Assembly (NCBI GenBank): GCA_024413465.1 | Contig: JAKSVU010000002.1 | Span: 75,063-139,062, forward strand | DNA from: Alphaproteobacteria bacterium | GTDB taxonomy: Bacteria > Pseudomonadota > Alphaproteobacteria > CAAGCB01 > CAG-977 | Direction: 5' to 3' | Length of the DNA stretch: 64,000 bases | Shown here: in pieces, positions 19,007 through 28,550 of the stretch | Position numbering within the stretch: the stretch's first letter is position 1 | Layout: every line of letters starts with the position of its first letter | The notes under the pieces: generated by a model | Seen by the model: the letters and a program-made list of their open reading frames with translations, nothing else | What the model was told of the DNA's origin: nothing | Database searches by the model: none | Translations under genes and position numbers: made by a program

Positions 19007-21652
19007 ATGTTAGAAAAAACGTATAATCCTGCTGAAGTTGAAACAAATATCTATGAAAAATGGGAAAAGTCAGGTGCTTTTGCATGTCATCCGGAAAGTG
19101 ATAAAGATCCGTATTGTATTATGATTCCACCTCCAAATGTAACAGGAAATTTACATATTGGTCATGCGTTAACTTTTACGATTCAAGATTCATTGATTCG
19201 TTATCAACGCATGAAAGGAAAAGACGTTTTGTGGCAACCAGGAACGGATCATGCTGGTATTGCAACTCAAATGGTTGTTGAACGTTTGTTGGCAAAGGAT
19301 GGAATTTCTCGTCACGATTTGGGGCGTGAAAAATTTATTGAAAAAGTTTGGGAATGGAAAGCTAAGTCTGGTGGACAAATTACAAAACAATTGCGTCGTT
19401 TAGGGGCTTCATTGGATTGGCCTCGTGAGCGTTTTACGATGGATGAAGGTTTGTGTCGAGCAGTTCGTCAAGAATTTGTTACATTGTATAAAGAGGGGTT
19501 GGTTTATCGTGCAAAACGGCTAGTTAACTGGGACCCAAAGCTTGAAACTGCAATTTCTGATTTGGAAGTAGAACAACGTGAAACTGTTGGAACAATGTGG
19601 TATTTCAATTACGTTGTAGAAAATGAACCAAACAGATTTATTACGATTGCAACGACTCGTCCAGAGACATTATTCGGTGATACTGCTGTTGCTGTAAGTG
19701 CAGATGATGAACGTTATAAAGATTTAATTGGCAAAAACGTTATCATTCCTATTTGTAATCGTGCGATTCCAATTGTTGCTGATGAACATGCTGATCCAAC
19801 AAAAGGAACTGGGGCTGTAAAAATTACACCAGCTCATGATTTTAATGACTATGAAGTTGGTAAACGCCATAACTTGCCAATGATTAATATCTTGGATTCG
19901 ACAGCTCACTTAAATGAAAATACTCCAAAAGAATATCAAGGCTTAACAACTGCAGAAGCTCGTGAAAAAGTATTGTCTGACGTTAAGGCTTTGGGGCTAT
20001 ACGTAAAGGAAGAACCAAATCCGATGACAATTCCTTATGGTGATCGTTCTGGGGTTGTTATAGAACCATGGTTAACTGATCAATGGTTTGTTGATGCTCC
20101 TAAATTGGCGGTTGAAGCAATTAAAGTTGTTGAAGATGGACGCATGGAATTTGTTCCAAAAACTTGGGAAAAAACGTATTTTGAATGGATGCGAAATATT
20201 CAGCCTTGGTGTGTTTCTCGTCAATTATGGTGGGGACATCAAATTCCTGTTTGGTATGGTCCAGATGGCCACTATTTCGTTGAGGAAAACGTAGAGTTAG
20301 CTCAAGCTGAAGCTGATAAATACTATGGAAAACACGTTGATTTAGTTCAAGATCAAGACGTTTTTGATACGTGGTTTTCTTCTGGTATTTGGCCTTTCTC
20401 AACGTTGGGATGGCCTGATCAAACGGAAGAATTAAAACGTTATTATCCAACGAACGTTTTAGTAACAGCTTTTGATATTATCTTTTTCTGGGTAGCTAGA
20501 ATGGTAATGTTGGGATTGCATTTTATGCATGATGTCCCATTTAAAACAGTCTACATTCATGCATTGGTTCGTGATGAACAAGGACGTAAAATGTCAAAAT
20601 CAAAAGGGAACGTAGTTGATCCATTGATTTTGGCGGATAAATATGGTGTCGATGCATTGAGATTTACTTTATCAGCTATGGCTGCACAAGGGCGTGATGT
20701 TTGTATGAGTGAATCTCGTGTTGAGGGATATCGTAATTTTGTTACGAAGATTTGGAATGCTGCTCGATTCTGTGAAATGAATCAATGTGTTGCTATTAAG
20801 GGATTTAATCCAAAATCTGTGAAAGAACAGTTGAATAAGTGGATTATTTCAAAAACGTCAGTTGCAATGAATAAGGTAGCAACTGCAATGGATGAATACA
20901 AATTTAACGAAGCTGCAGAAGCTGGTTATCAATTTGCATGGGGAACTTTCTGCGATTGGTATTTGGAATTTGCAAAACCATTGTTTAACGGTGATGATGA
21001 AAGTAAAAAGGCAGAAACTCGAGCAACTGCGGCATGGGTTTTAGATCATATCTTGATGATGCTACATCCAATTATGCCTTTTGTAACAGAAGAATTATGG
21101 TCAAAAGGTAATCATGAACAAATGTTAATTTCTACTCCATGGGAAGATTTATCTGAATTTGTTGACGAAAAAGCTGAAGCTGATTTGGATTGGGTTGTTG
21201 GTTTGGTCGGGGCAATTCGTTCTTTAAGAACTGAGATGAATATTGCTCCTGGAACAAAAATTCAAATGTTGTTGGCTGGGGCAAATGATGTCGAAGCGAA
21301 ACGTTTGGTCCAATTTAATACTTTAATTAAGACACTTGCTCGTTTGGAAAGTGCTGAATTGTCAACAAAAGCTGAAGATGCAAAAAGTGCAGCTCAAGTT
21401 GTATATGGAACAACAGCTGTTTTATTGCCTTTAGCTGGATTTATTGATGTTGCTAAAGAAACTGAGCGTTTGAATAAAGAGCTTGAAGGTTTGAATAAGG
21501 TCATTTCTGGATTAGAAGGTCGTTTAAATAACGAGGCTTTTGTCTCAAAGGCTCCAGAAAAAGTGGTTGCTGATCAACGCGTAAGGTTGGCAGAAGCAAA
21601 ATCAGGTGTTATAAAAGTTCAAGAAGCGCTGGCAAGATTAAAAGACTTATAG
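19007..21652 (+). CDS. valS: valine--tRNA ligase
   Basis: 881 aa with the HIGH motif (PPPNVTGNLHIGHAL), KMSKS and a C-terminal coiled coil. The RBS is GAGGAG. Confidence 0.95.
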   Translation: MLEKTYNPAEVETNIYEKWEKSGAFACHPESDKDPYCIMIPPPNVTGNLHIGHALTFTIQDSLIRYQRMKGKDVLWQPGTDHAGIATQMVVERLLAKDGISRHDLGREKFIEKVWEWKAKSGGQITKQLRRLGASLDWPRERFTMDEGLCRAVRQEFVTLYKEGLVYRAKRLVNWDPKLETAISDLEVEQRETVGTMWYFNYVVENEPNRFITIATTRPETLFGDTAVAVSADDERYKDLIGKNVIIPICNRAIPIVADEHADPTKGTGAVKITPAHDFNDYEVGKRHNLPMINILDSTAHLNENTPKEYQGLTTAEAREKVLSDVKALGLYVKEEPNPMTIPYGDRSGVVIEPWLTDQWFVDAPKLAVEAIKVVEDGRMEFVPKTWEKTYFEWMRNIQPWCVSRQLWWGHQIPVWYGPDGHYFVEENVELAQAEADKYYGKHVDLVQDQDVFDTWFSSGIWPFSTLGWPDQTEELKRYYPTNVLVTAFDIIFFWVARMVMLGLHFMHDVPFKTVYIHALVRDEQGRKMSKSKGNVVDPLILADKYGVDALRFTLSAMAAQGRDVCMSESRVEGYRNFVTKIWNAARFCEMNQCVAIKGFNPKSVKEQLNKWIISKTSVAMNKVATAMDEYKFNEAAEAGYQFAWGTFCDWYLEFAKPLFNGDDESKKAETRATAAWVLDHILMMLHPIMPFVTEELWSKGNHEQMLISTPWEDLSEFVDEKAEADLDWVVGLVGAIRSLRTEMNIAPGTKIQMLLAGANDVEAKRLVQFNTLIKTLARLESAELSTKAEDAKSAAQVVYGTTAVLLPLAGFIDVAKETERLNKELEGLNKVISGLEGRLNNEAFVSKAPEKVVADQRVRLAEAKSGVIKVQEALARLKDL

Positions 21653-21654
21653 AG

Positions 21655-21681
21655 AAAAGGGGAGTTAAATCTCCCTTTTTC
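21655..21681 (+). terminator. Rho-independent terminator after valS
   Basis: aaaggggag ttaaat ctccctttttc. Confidence 0.5.
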
Positions 21682-21754
21682 AATTATATTTCTTGCTATG
21701 TATATTCAATCCTTTATAATAAATTAATGTTTTTTTATTGTAGAGGGTTAAATT

Positions 21755-24415
21755 ATGCAGCCTTACATAAGAACAAAACAAGAAGTTCTTGAAGAACTAA
21801 ATGTTTTGGAGAGTAAAGGTTTGTCCGAGGAACAAGCCGTTGATAGCTCTGTTCGTTATGGAACGAATGAATTATCTAAGCCACCAACAGAATCTTTATT
21901 GAAAAAGATTTTTGAATCTTTAACAGAACCAATGGTTTTAATGTTGGAGATTGCAGCTTTAATAGCTTTAGGGGTAAATTATGCTCGTGGATTAAATGGT
22001 GAAGAAACTGAGTATATAGAATGTGTTGGAATTGTTGTTGCAATCGTTTTATCATCAGCTATTTCATTAATTATGGAAGGCAGGAGTGCAAAAGCATTTG
22101 AGGCTTTGAATAAAATTAAAGATGATGTGATGGTTCGTGTTTTCCGTAATGGAAAAGTTCGTTTGATCAATCAGAAAAATTTAGTTGTCGGAGATATCGT
22201 TTGTGTTGAAACTGGTGCGAAAATTCCAGCAGATGGAAGATTATTGGAAAGTACAAATCTCCATATAGAAGAATCTTCTTTAACAGGAGAAAGTGAAGCG
22301 ATAGAAAAAGAAGCTGATTTCATTTGTGAAGATGTAGATACACCGCTAGCAGAACGCAAAAATATGGTTTATTCTAGTACTTTTGTTACTCAAGGTTCTG
22401 GAAGAATGGTTGTGACTGCAGTTGGTGACGATACTGAGATTGGTAAAATAGCTCACGAAATTTCATTTGCAGAAAAAACGCAAACACCACTTCAAGCCAA
22501 ATTAGAAAAATTAGGAAAAACAATTGCGGTTTGGGGCATTTCCTTGGCAATGTTAGCTTTTGTTATTCAAACAGCTTTTTATCTTTACCGTGGAGAAGCT
22601 AATTTATCTAATATTTCTGAAGCCTTTATTACAAGCATTGTTTTGATTGTTGCTTCTGTCCCTGAAGGTTTGCCAACAACGGTTGCCATTTGTTTGGCCA
22701 TTAATATCATAAAAATGAGCAAAGAAAATGCTTTGGTCAAGAAAATGGTAGCGTGTGAAACAATCGGTTGTGTTAACGTCATTTGCTCTGATAAAACAGG
22801 AACGTTGACAGAAAATAAGATGACTGTTGTTGAAGTCTGTGAACATGGTACTATCATTGAACCAAATAAAGTTTCAGACACAAATCTTATTACGAATTTC
22901 TGTGTTAATTCAACTGGTGATATTGGATTTGATGAAAATAAGTATACGTTTATTGGAAATCCAACAGAATGTGCTTTATTAGTCGCTACTGATAAATCTG
23001 GTTTTGATTATAACCAAATCAGAAAATCACATGGTATCGTGCATTGTTTCCCATTTTGTAGCGAAACAAAAAATATGACAACGATAGTTCATGGAGAACG
23101 AGGATTAACGGTTTACACAAAGGGAAGTCCAGAGAAGATTTTGGCAATGTGTTCTTTGACAAATGAAGAACAAGAAAAATATGCTGAAATGATTTGTAAT
23201 TTCCAACAGAAGGCATATCGTGTAATTGGCTTCGCACATAAAGAAATGGCTGAAAAACCAAGTGATTTTGCAGAGGCCAGAACTTTAATTGAAGCAGGGT
23301 TAACTTTTGATGGATTTACAGCGATTGCAGATCCATTGAGACAAGATGTTTATGATGCCGTTCGAAATTGTGCAAAAGCTGGTATCGATATTAAGATGTT
23401 GACAGGTGATAATATTGTCACAGCGAAAGCTATTGCAACTCAATTAGAAATTTTAGATGAAAATCATATTGCGTTAGAAGCTAATGATATCAATGCAATG
23501 GATGATAATCAATTGGCAGAAACTTTACCAAAGATTCGAGTAATTGCTCGTAGTACACCAATTGTTAAAATGCGAGTTGTTAAATTATTGAAAAAACTGG
23601 GGAGTGTTGTTGCTGTTACAGGCGATGGAATTAATGATGCTCCAGCAATCAAAAATGCAGATATTGGCTTGGCTATGGGAATTTCAGGAACAGAAGTTTC
23701 CAAGGAAGCAAGTGACGTTGTTTTGTTAGATGATTCATTTTCAACAATTGTTAAAGCTATTAAATGGGGACGTGGAATTTATGAAAATTTCCAACGTTTT
23801 ATTTTATTCCAATTAACAGTTAACTTATCTTCGGTTGTTATTGTTTTAGCTGCAGTTTTGATTGGTCAACCAGCTCCATTTACAGCTTTACAGTTGTTAT
23901 GGGTTAATTTGATTATGGATGGCCCTCCAGCATTGACACTTAGTTTAGAGCCAGTTCGTGATTCTTTGATGAAAAATAAACCTACGCCTCGTAATGCAAG
24001 TATTGTTACTGGATGTATGTTGAAACGAATTGTAATGACTGGGATTTTAATATCGATATTATTTATGCTCCAATTCTGCTTTAATATCTTGAATATTTGT
24101 GATAGTCAGAAAGGTGCTTCGTTGTTTACCTTGTTTGTTATGTTCCAGTTGTTTAATGCATTTAATTGTCGTGAATTAAATACAAATAGTATGTTTAAAC
24201 ATTTCTTTGCTAATAGGGCAATGCTGATTGCTTTTGCAGCCACGATAGCTGTTCAAGTTGTAATTACTCAGTTTGGTGGAGATTTATTCAGCACTGGTAA
24301 CGGTTTAACTTTAAGATCATGGGGAAAGGTAATTGCTTATGCAATGACAGTTCCGTTGTTTTCTGAAATAGTTAAAATTATTCAAAGAATTAAAAATAAT
24401 ATATCGAAAAAATAA
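21755..24415 (+). CDS. P-type cation-transporting ATPase (type IIA, Ca2+-ATPase-like)
   Basis: Phosphorylation motif DKTGTLT, TGDGINDAPA motif and ~10 TM helices. Confidence 0.85.
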   Translation: MQPYIRTKQEVLEELNVLESKGLSEEQAVDSSVRYGTNELSKPPTESLLKKIFESLTEPMVLMLEIAALIALGVNYARGLNGEETEYIECVGIVVAIVLSSAISLIMEGRSAKAFEALNKIKDDVMVRVFRNGKVRLINQKNLVVGDIVCVETGAKIPADGRLLESTNLHIEESSLTGESEAIEKEADFICEDVDTPLAERKNMVYSSTFVTQGSGRMVVTAVGDDTEIGKIAHEISFAEKTQTPLQAKLEKLGKTIAVWGISLAMLAFVIQTAFYLYRGEANLSNISEAFITSIVLIVASVPEGLPTTVAICLAINIIKMSKENALVKKMVACETIGCVNVICSDKTGTLTENKMTVVEVCEHGTIIEPNKVSDTNLITNFCVNSTGDIGFDENKYTFIGNPTECALLVATDKSGFDYNQIRKSHGIVHCFPFCSETKNMTTIVHGERGLTVYTKGSPEKILAMCSLTNEEQEKYAEMICNFQQKAYRVIGFAHKEMAEKPSDFAEARTLIEAGLTFDGFTAIADPLRQDVYDAVRNCAKAGIDIKMLTGDNIVTAKAIATQLEILDENHIALEANDINAMDDNQLAETLPKIRVIARSTPIVKMRVVKLLKKLGSVVAVTGDGINDAPAIKNADIGLAMGISGTEVSKEASDVVLLDDSFSTIVKAIKWGRGIYENFQRFILFQLTVNLSSVVIVLAAVLIGQPAPFTALQLLWVNLIMDGPPALTLSLEPVRDSLMKNKPTPRNASIVTGCMLKRIVMTGILISILFMLQFCFNILNICDSQKGASLFTLFVMFQLFNAFNCRELNTNSMFKHFFANRAMLIAFAATIAVQVVITQFGGDLFSTGNGLTLRSWGKVIAYAMTVPLFSEIVKIIQRIKNNISKK

Positions 24416-24420
24416 GATGA

Positions 24421-24451
24421 AAAAGGGCTGTTAAAAACAGCCCTTTTTTTT
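24421..24451. terminator. bidirectional Rho-independent terminator between the ATPase gene (+) and htpX (-)
   Basis: aaaagggctgtt aaaa acagccctttttttt. Confidence 0.6.
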
Positions 24452-24486
24452 ATCTTAAAATCAAAAGTAGATTTAATTTGATGTTC

Positions 24487-25407
24487 TTATTTTAAAGAAC
24501 CAAAAATGCCTCCTGATTTCTTTTTATAAGAAATAACGTCAAATTCTTTTTCTAAAGCAGAGATTCTTTTATCTAAAAGAGGGTGGGTCATAAATAATTC
24601 TGTAAAATTTTCACCATTTGTGATTCCAAAAGTTTGTAGCGATTTTGGTAAATTCCCATTTTCAATGTTTTTTAAAGTTGTCAAAGCTGCAATCATATCT
24701 TGTGGACTTGAAGTTAATTCAGCGGAACCTGCATCAGCTTTGTATTCTCGTCTTCTAGAATATCCACAACTGATAAGCATTGCTAGAAAACCAAGAATAA
24801 ATTCAAGTAAACGAATAGTCATATATGATGAAGTATTATATCTGCGATTTGTATCTTCATTATTTCTGTTTTGTAAAAAGATAGTAATTATACGAGCTAA
24901 AAAGTAGACAAAAGTATTAAGAGTTCCTTGGAGTAAAGTCATTGTTACCATATCTCCATTTTTGATATGTGACATTTCGTGTCCAAGAACGGCTTTTATT
25001 TCATTTTTAGGCATGGATTTTAATAGTCCAGTTGATACAGCTATTAATGCACTATTTTTAAAAGCTCCCGTTGCGAAGGCATTTGCTGCCCCATTGTAAA
25101 TCGCAACTTCAGGCATAGTCAGTTGGGCATTTTCAGCTAAATCACTTACAGTATTCAATAACCATGCTTCTTCAGAATTTGTTGTATCAGGTAAAATCGT
25201 TTTTGCATTTACGGATAATTTTGCCATTGTTTTGGACAATAGTAGTGAAATAATTGATCCTGTAAATCCCCATATAGCGCATAAAGCTAGTAAACTGGAA
25301 AGATCATTAGATGCATAATAAGCATCTAATCCTAAGAATGAAACTATAAAGCCAATCGTTAAAAGGATGACAAAATTGATTAAAATAAATAAGAAAAATC
25401 GTTTCAT
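24487..25407 (-). CDS. htpX: M48 family protease HtpX
   Basis: HEMSHIKNGD zinc motif, N-terminal TM helices, RBS GGAGGA. Confidence 0.85.
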   Translation of the reverse strand: MKRFFLFILINFVILLTIGFIVSFLGLDAYYASNDLSSLLALCAIWGFTGSIISLLLSKTMAKLSVNAKTILPDTTNSEEAWLLNTVSDLAENAQLTMPEVAIYNGAANAFATGAFKNSALIAVSTGLLKSMPKNEIKAVLGHEMSHIKNGDMVTMTLLQGTLNTFVYFLARIITIFLQNRNNEDTNRRYNTSSYMTIRLLEFILGFLAMLISCGYSRRREYKADAGSAELTSSPQDMIAALTTLKNIENGNLPKSLQTFGITNGENFTELFMTHPLLDKRISALEKEFDVISYKKKSGGIFGSLK

Positions 25408-25490
25408 TTATTCCTCCAATTTTTAAATAAAATTCTAGATAATCATTATAAAATGATTTGTATGTTGTATCAACAAATGGCTGCGAATTA

Positions 25491-26546
25491 TTAGATTTTT
25501 TGTATACCAGATTTGAGTTGTCCACAGGCTGCCATTATTTCTTGTCCACGAGAAACACGAATTGGTGCAGCATAATGGTGAGCTTCAAGAATAGCTGCAA
25601 ATTTTTTGATTTTTGACATAGGAGAACATTTGAATGGACATCCAGGCCATTCATTAAATGGGATTAAATTGAATTTTACAGCTAATCCAGAAACTAATCG
25701 CATTAATTCATGAGCATCGGCTGGTGAATCATTAATCCCATCCAACATAACGTATTCCATTGTAATATAATTGCGTGTTCCAGCAATATCTTGAAACTTT
25801 TTACAGGCAACCATTAATTCTTTTAAAGGATATTTATGGTTGATTGGCATAATTTTATCACGAATTTCATTTGTCGGAGCATGCAAACTAACCGCAAGTT
25901 TTACGTCTAAGTCTGAGGCGATTTTATCTATAAGTGGAACTACACCAGATGTGGAAAGAGTAATTCTGCGTTTTGAAATAGCAATACCCTCTGGATCCAT
26001 AATGATCTTGAGAGCTTTCTTTGTATTTTCATAATTTAACAAAGGTTCACCCATTCCCATGACAACAATATTTGACAAATAGCGAGGTTCAATTGAAGGA
26101 CTAGGCCATTCATCATAACTATCTCTTGCAGCCATAAATTGTCCAACAATTTCTCCAGCTGTTAAATTACGTGTGAATTTTTGAGAGCCTGTGTGGCAAA
26201 ATTTGCAATCGTTTGGACAACCAACCTGAGTGGATATACAAACAGCACCACGATCTTCTTCAGGGATATAGACTGTTTCAACTTCTCGTTGATCAGTAAA
26301 TTGAAATAGCCATTTGCGAGTTTTATCCGTTGCTGTTAATTCACGAACAACTTTTGGACGATCTAATGTATATCCCTTTTCAATTAATTTTTGACGAAAA
26401 TCTTTCGCTAAACTCGTCATATCGTTAAAGTCAGTTTTTCCTTGCCAGTAAATCCAATGCCAAAGTTGTTTTGCACGAAATGCTTGTTCACCCATATTAA
26501 CCACTTCAGCGGTTAACTCTTCTTTACTTAAACCAATTAAATTCAT
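25491..26546 (-). CDS. rlmN: 23S rRNA/tRNA (adenine-C2)-methyltransferase RlmN (radical SAM)
   Basis: CPNDCKFCHTG radical-SAM motif and the overall RlmN length and pattern. Confidence 0.9.
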   Translation of the reverse strand: MNLIGLSKEELTAEVVNMGEQAFRAKQLWHWIYWQGKTDFNDMTSLAKDFRQKLIEKGYTLDRPKVVRELTATDKTRKWLFQFTDQREVETVYIPEEDRGAVCISTQVGCPNDCKFCHTGSQKFTRNLTAGEIVGQFMAARDSYDEWPSPSIEPRYLSNIVVMGMGEPLLNYENTKKALKIIMDPEGIAISKRRITLSTSGVVPLIDKIASDLDVKLAVSLHAPTNEIRDKIMPINHKYPLKELMVACKKFQDIAGTRNYITMEYVMLDGINDSPADAHELMRLVSGLAVKFNLIPFNEWPGCPFKCSPMSKIKKFAAILEAHHYAAPIRVSRGQEIMAACGQLKSGIQKI

Positions 26547-26905
26547 TGTGCTTTTCCTTTTGAGATGGAATTACTGCTCGTTGACCAAGAAATGAAGAAA
26601 AAGTCAGTACAAAACATTGCAATAACAGCCCAAATAAAATCACCAATAAGGTAGAAAAACATTAATTTTAAATCGAGTTCTCCATCATCTCGTAATGTTT
26701 TTTTGAAAATAAAACGATACATAAAGACAAATAATGCGATAAGCATGTATGGTCTTGAATCTGCAAGTCTTGAAAACTGTTCAGCTTCTTCAGCTGCTCC
26801 AAAAAAAGCCCAACATCCACAAAATATACCTATTAACGTGCAATGGTGAAATAAAACACCAGAAGTGAGTAATAGTGTAATTGTATGTATAATTCTAGAT
26901 ATCAC
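26543..26905 (-). CDS. small integral membrane protein (unknown function)
   Basis: GTG start with RBS aaggaaa. It overlaps the rlmN start by 4 nt (operon) and has three or four hydrophobic helices. Confidence 0.5.
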   Translation of the reverse strand: MISRIIHTITLLLTSGVLFHHCTLIGIFCGCWAFFGAAEEAEQFSRLADSRPYMLIALFVFMYRFIFKKTLRDDGELDLKLMFFYLIGDFIWAVIAMFCTDFFFISWSTSSNSISKGKAQ

Positions 26906-26954
26906 GGCAATTTCCTTTTTTTCTTAATCTATACTCGACAAGAAAATTTTACAA

Positions 26955-26988
26955 CAAAATAAAAAAGTGGAAATTTTCATTTCCACTT
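26955..26988 (-). terminator. Rho-independent terminator downstream of add
   Basis: On the minus strand: agtggaaatgaaaatttccact followed by ttttttatttt. Confidence 0.5.
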
Positions 26989-26999
26989 TCCTTTATTAC

Positions 27000-28271
27000 T
27001 TATCTATTTTTGCTTAACTTTTTCCGTAAAGCTATCATAGAAGCTTTTGGTTGAGCCTTTACTTTATCCTTGCGTTTTTGAATTTCGAGTTTTTTTGCGA
27101 CTTTTTCACTTTCCTTAACGCGATTTTCTAAACGTGCTTTCAAAATAGGATTTTTAGCATTTGCCGCTAATTCAGCCATTTCAGATCTATCTTTTTCATC
27201 CATTTTTGCATAAATAGATTCTTTTACTTTCTTTTTTGTCTGAACATCTGAGAATGAACATTCAATAGCAGATAAAGTAATGTCATACATTTCAGCTTTC
27301 GTAAAATCAAAAGCCTTTTTGCTGACGCGATGTTCCTTACCAGTATTTGTTCCAAAGATACCAGCATCATCAGGATTGATAGAAATCATAATGCCTGCGT
27401 CATACAATTTACGAGCAGGATGATTTGCTAAGTCTCCTTCAAGTTCATTGACAAGAATGCGATTTGATGTTGGGCAAACTTCAACCATAATTTTCTTTTC
27501 TGCCAAATCTTTCATTACTTGTTCATCTTGAATGGCAGAAACGCCATGACCGATACGACTTGCACCTAAGCGAACTGCATCTTTAATACTTTGTGGACCA
27601 CGAATTTCACCAGCATGAACTGCCAATTTTAAACCAGCTTGTTTAGCAATAGCTAAAGCATCTGCAAAGTCATCAAATTCACCGGAACGTTCGTTTCCAG
27701 CAATTCCAAAACCAGTCACCATAGGATGTGGATTATCACGAACAAATTTAGCCACATCCATAACACTTTCTGCTCCGAGATTACGGACTGCAGTTGCAAT
27801 AAAACGAGTTTCTAAACCAGTCTCTTCCTTAACATCTGCAGCTGCTTGACAAATAGCTCCAAGCATTGTTTGATATTTCTTTGCAGATAATTCGTCTTTT
27901 CCTGTTTCTGGATTTTTTTCAACAGCCATATGTGCTGGAGATAAAATCATTTCTGCATATACACCACCAGCTTGTGCATTTTTTGTTAAATAATCTTTTG
28001 CAACATCATAATAATCCTGTGGCGTACGAACCATAGAAGCTGCGGTGTCATATGTCGTAATAAATTGACCGAAATCGCTTTCATCATAGGCATAACGACC
28101 ATTTGGAAATTCTTTTTTGTCGTATTCACCTTCTTTAAATATGAAACCTGCTGGCAATTCTACATTGTGGCGAGCTGCCAATTTTTGAGCCATTTCAGGC
28201 GTAACAGTTCCTTCAATGTGTTCATGCAAAGTTGCTTTTGGCACTGAAGCTGTATCATAATTCTTATTCAT
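27000..28271 (-). CDS. add: adenosine/adenine deaminase-family protein with ~80-aa Lys-rich C-terminal extension
   Basis: N-terminal PKATLHEHIEG (metal-binding HxH), TIM-barrel ADA pattern and an extra K/R-rich tail. Confidence 0.8.
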   Translation of the reverse strand: MNKNYDTASVPKATLHEHIEGTVTPEMAQKLAARHNVELPAGFIFKEGEYDKKEFPNGRYAYDESDFGQFITTYDTAASMVRTPQDYYDVAKDYLTKNAQAGGVYAEMILSPAHMAVEKNPETGKDELSAKKYQTMLGAICQAAADVKEETGLETRFIATAVRNLGAESVMDVAKFVRDNPHPMVTGFGIAGNERSGEFDDFADALAIAKQAGLKLAVHAGEIRGPQSIKDAVRLGASRIGHGVSAIQDEQVMKDLAEKKIMVEVCPTSNRILVNELEGDLANHPARKLYDAGIMISINPDDAGIFGTNTGKEHRVSKKAFDFTKAEMYDITLSAIECSFSDVQTKKKVKESIYAKMDEKDRSEMAELAANAKNPILKARLENRVKESEKVAKKLEIQKRKDKVKAQPKASMIALRKKLSKNR

Positions 28272-28483
28272 TTTAACCTTCCTTCTTGCAGGGCCAATCC
28301 CTACAATTTTTTTAACTATTTATAAAATCCTTATCATACAGAATAATTTAAAAAGGTAGTTTTGTCAATAAAAATTTGTCTAGTTTGTCTAAAAAAAATT
28401 AAAAAAATGACAGGAAAAAGCCAATAGAACATATTAACTTTATTTTATTTTTTCAAAAATACAGGAAAAATTAACTTTTAGAA

Positions 28484-28529
28484 TCGAAAAAATAGAAAGC
28501 CTCCATATTGAAAAACTGTGGAGGCTTCT
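28484..28529 (-). terminator. Rho-independent terminator downstream of the guanine-deaminase-like gene
   Basis: On the minus strand: aagcctccacagtttttcaatatggaggcttt followed by ctattttttcg. Confidence 0.5.
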
Positions 28530-28550
28530 AATACAACAGTATAAATAAAT

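Noticed and set aside
22171-23703. Several 60-100-aa ORFs on the minus strand within the P-type ATPase gene, and similar ones inside valS, dxs, nadE and gltX
   Set aside because: They are embedded antisense to long, motif-supported genes, and none has an RBS or recognisable domain.
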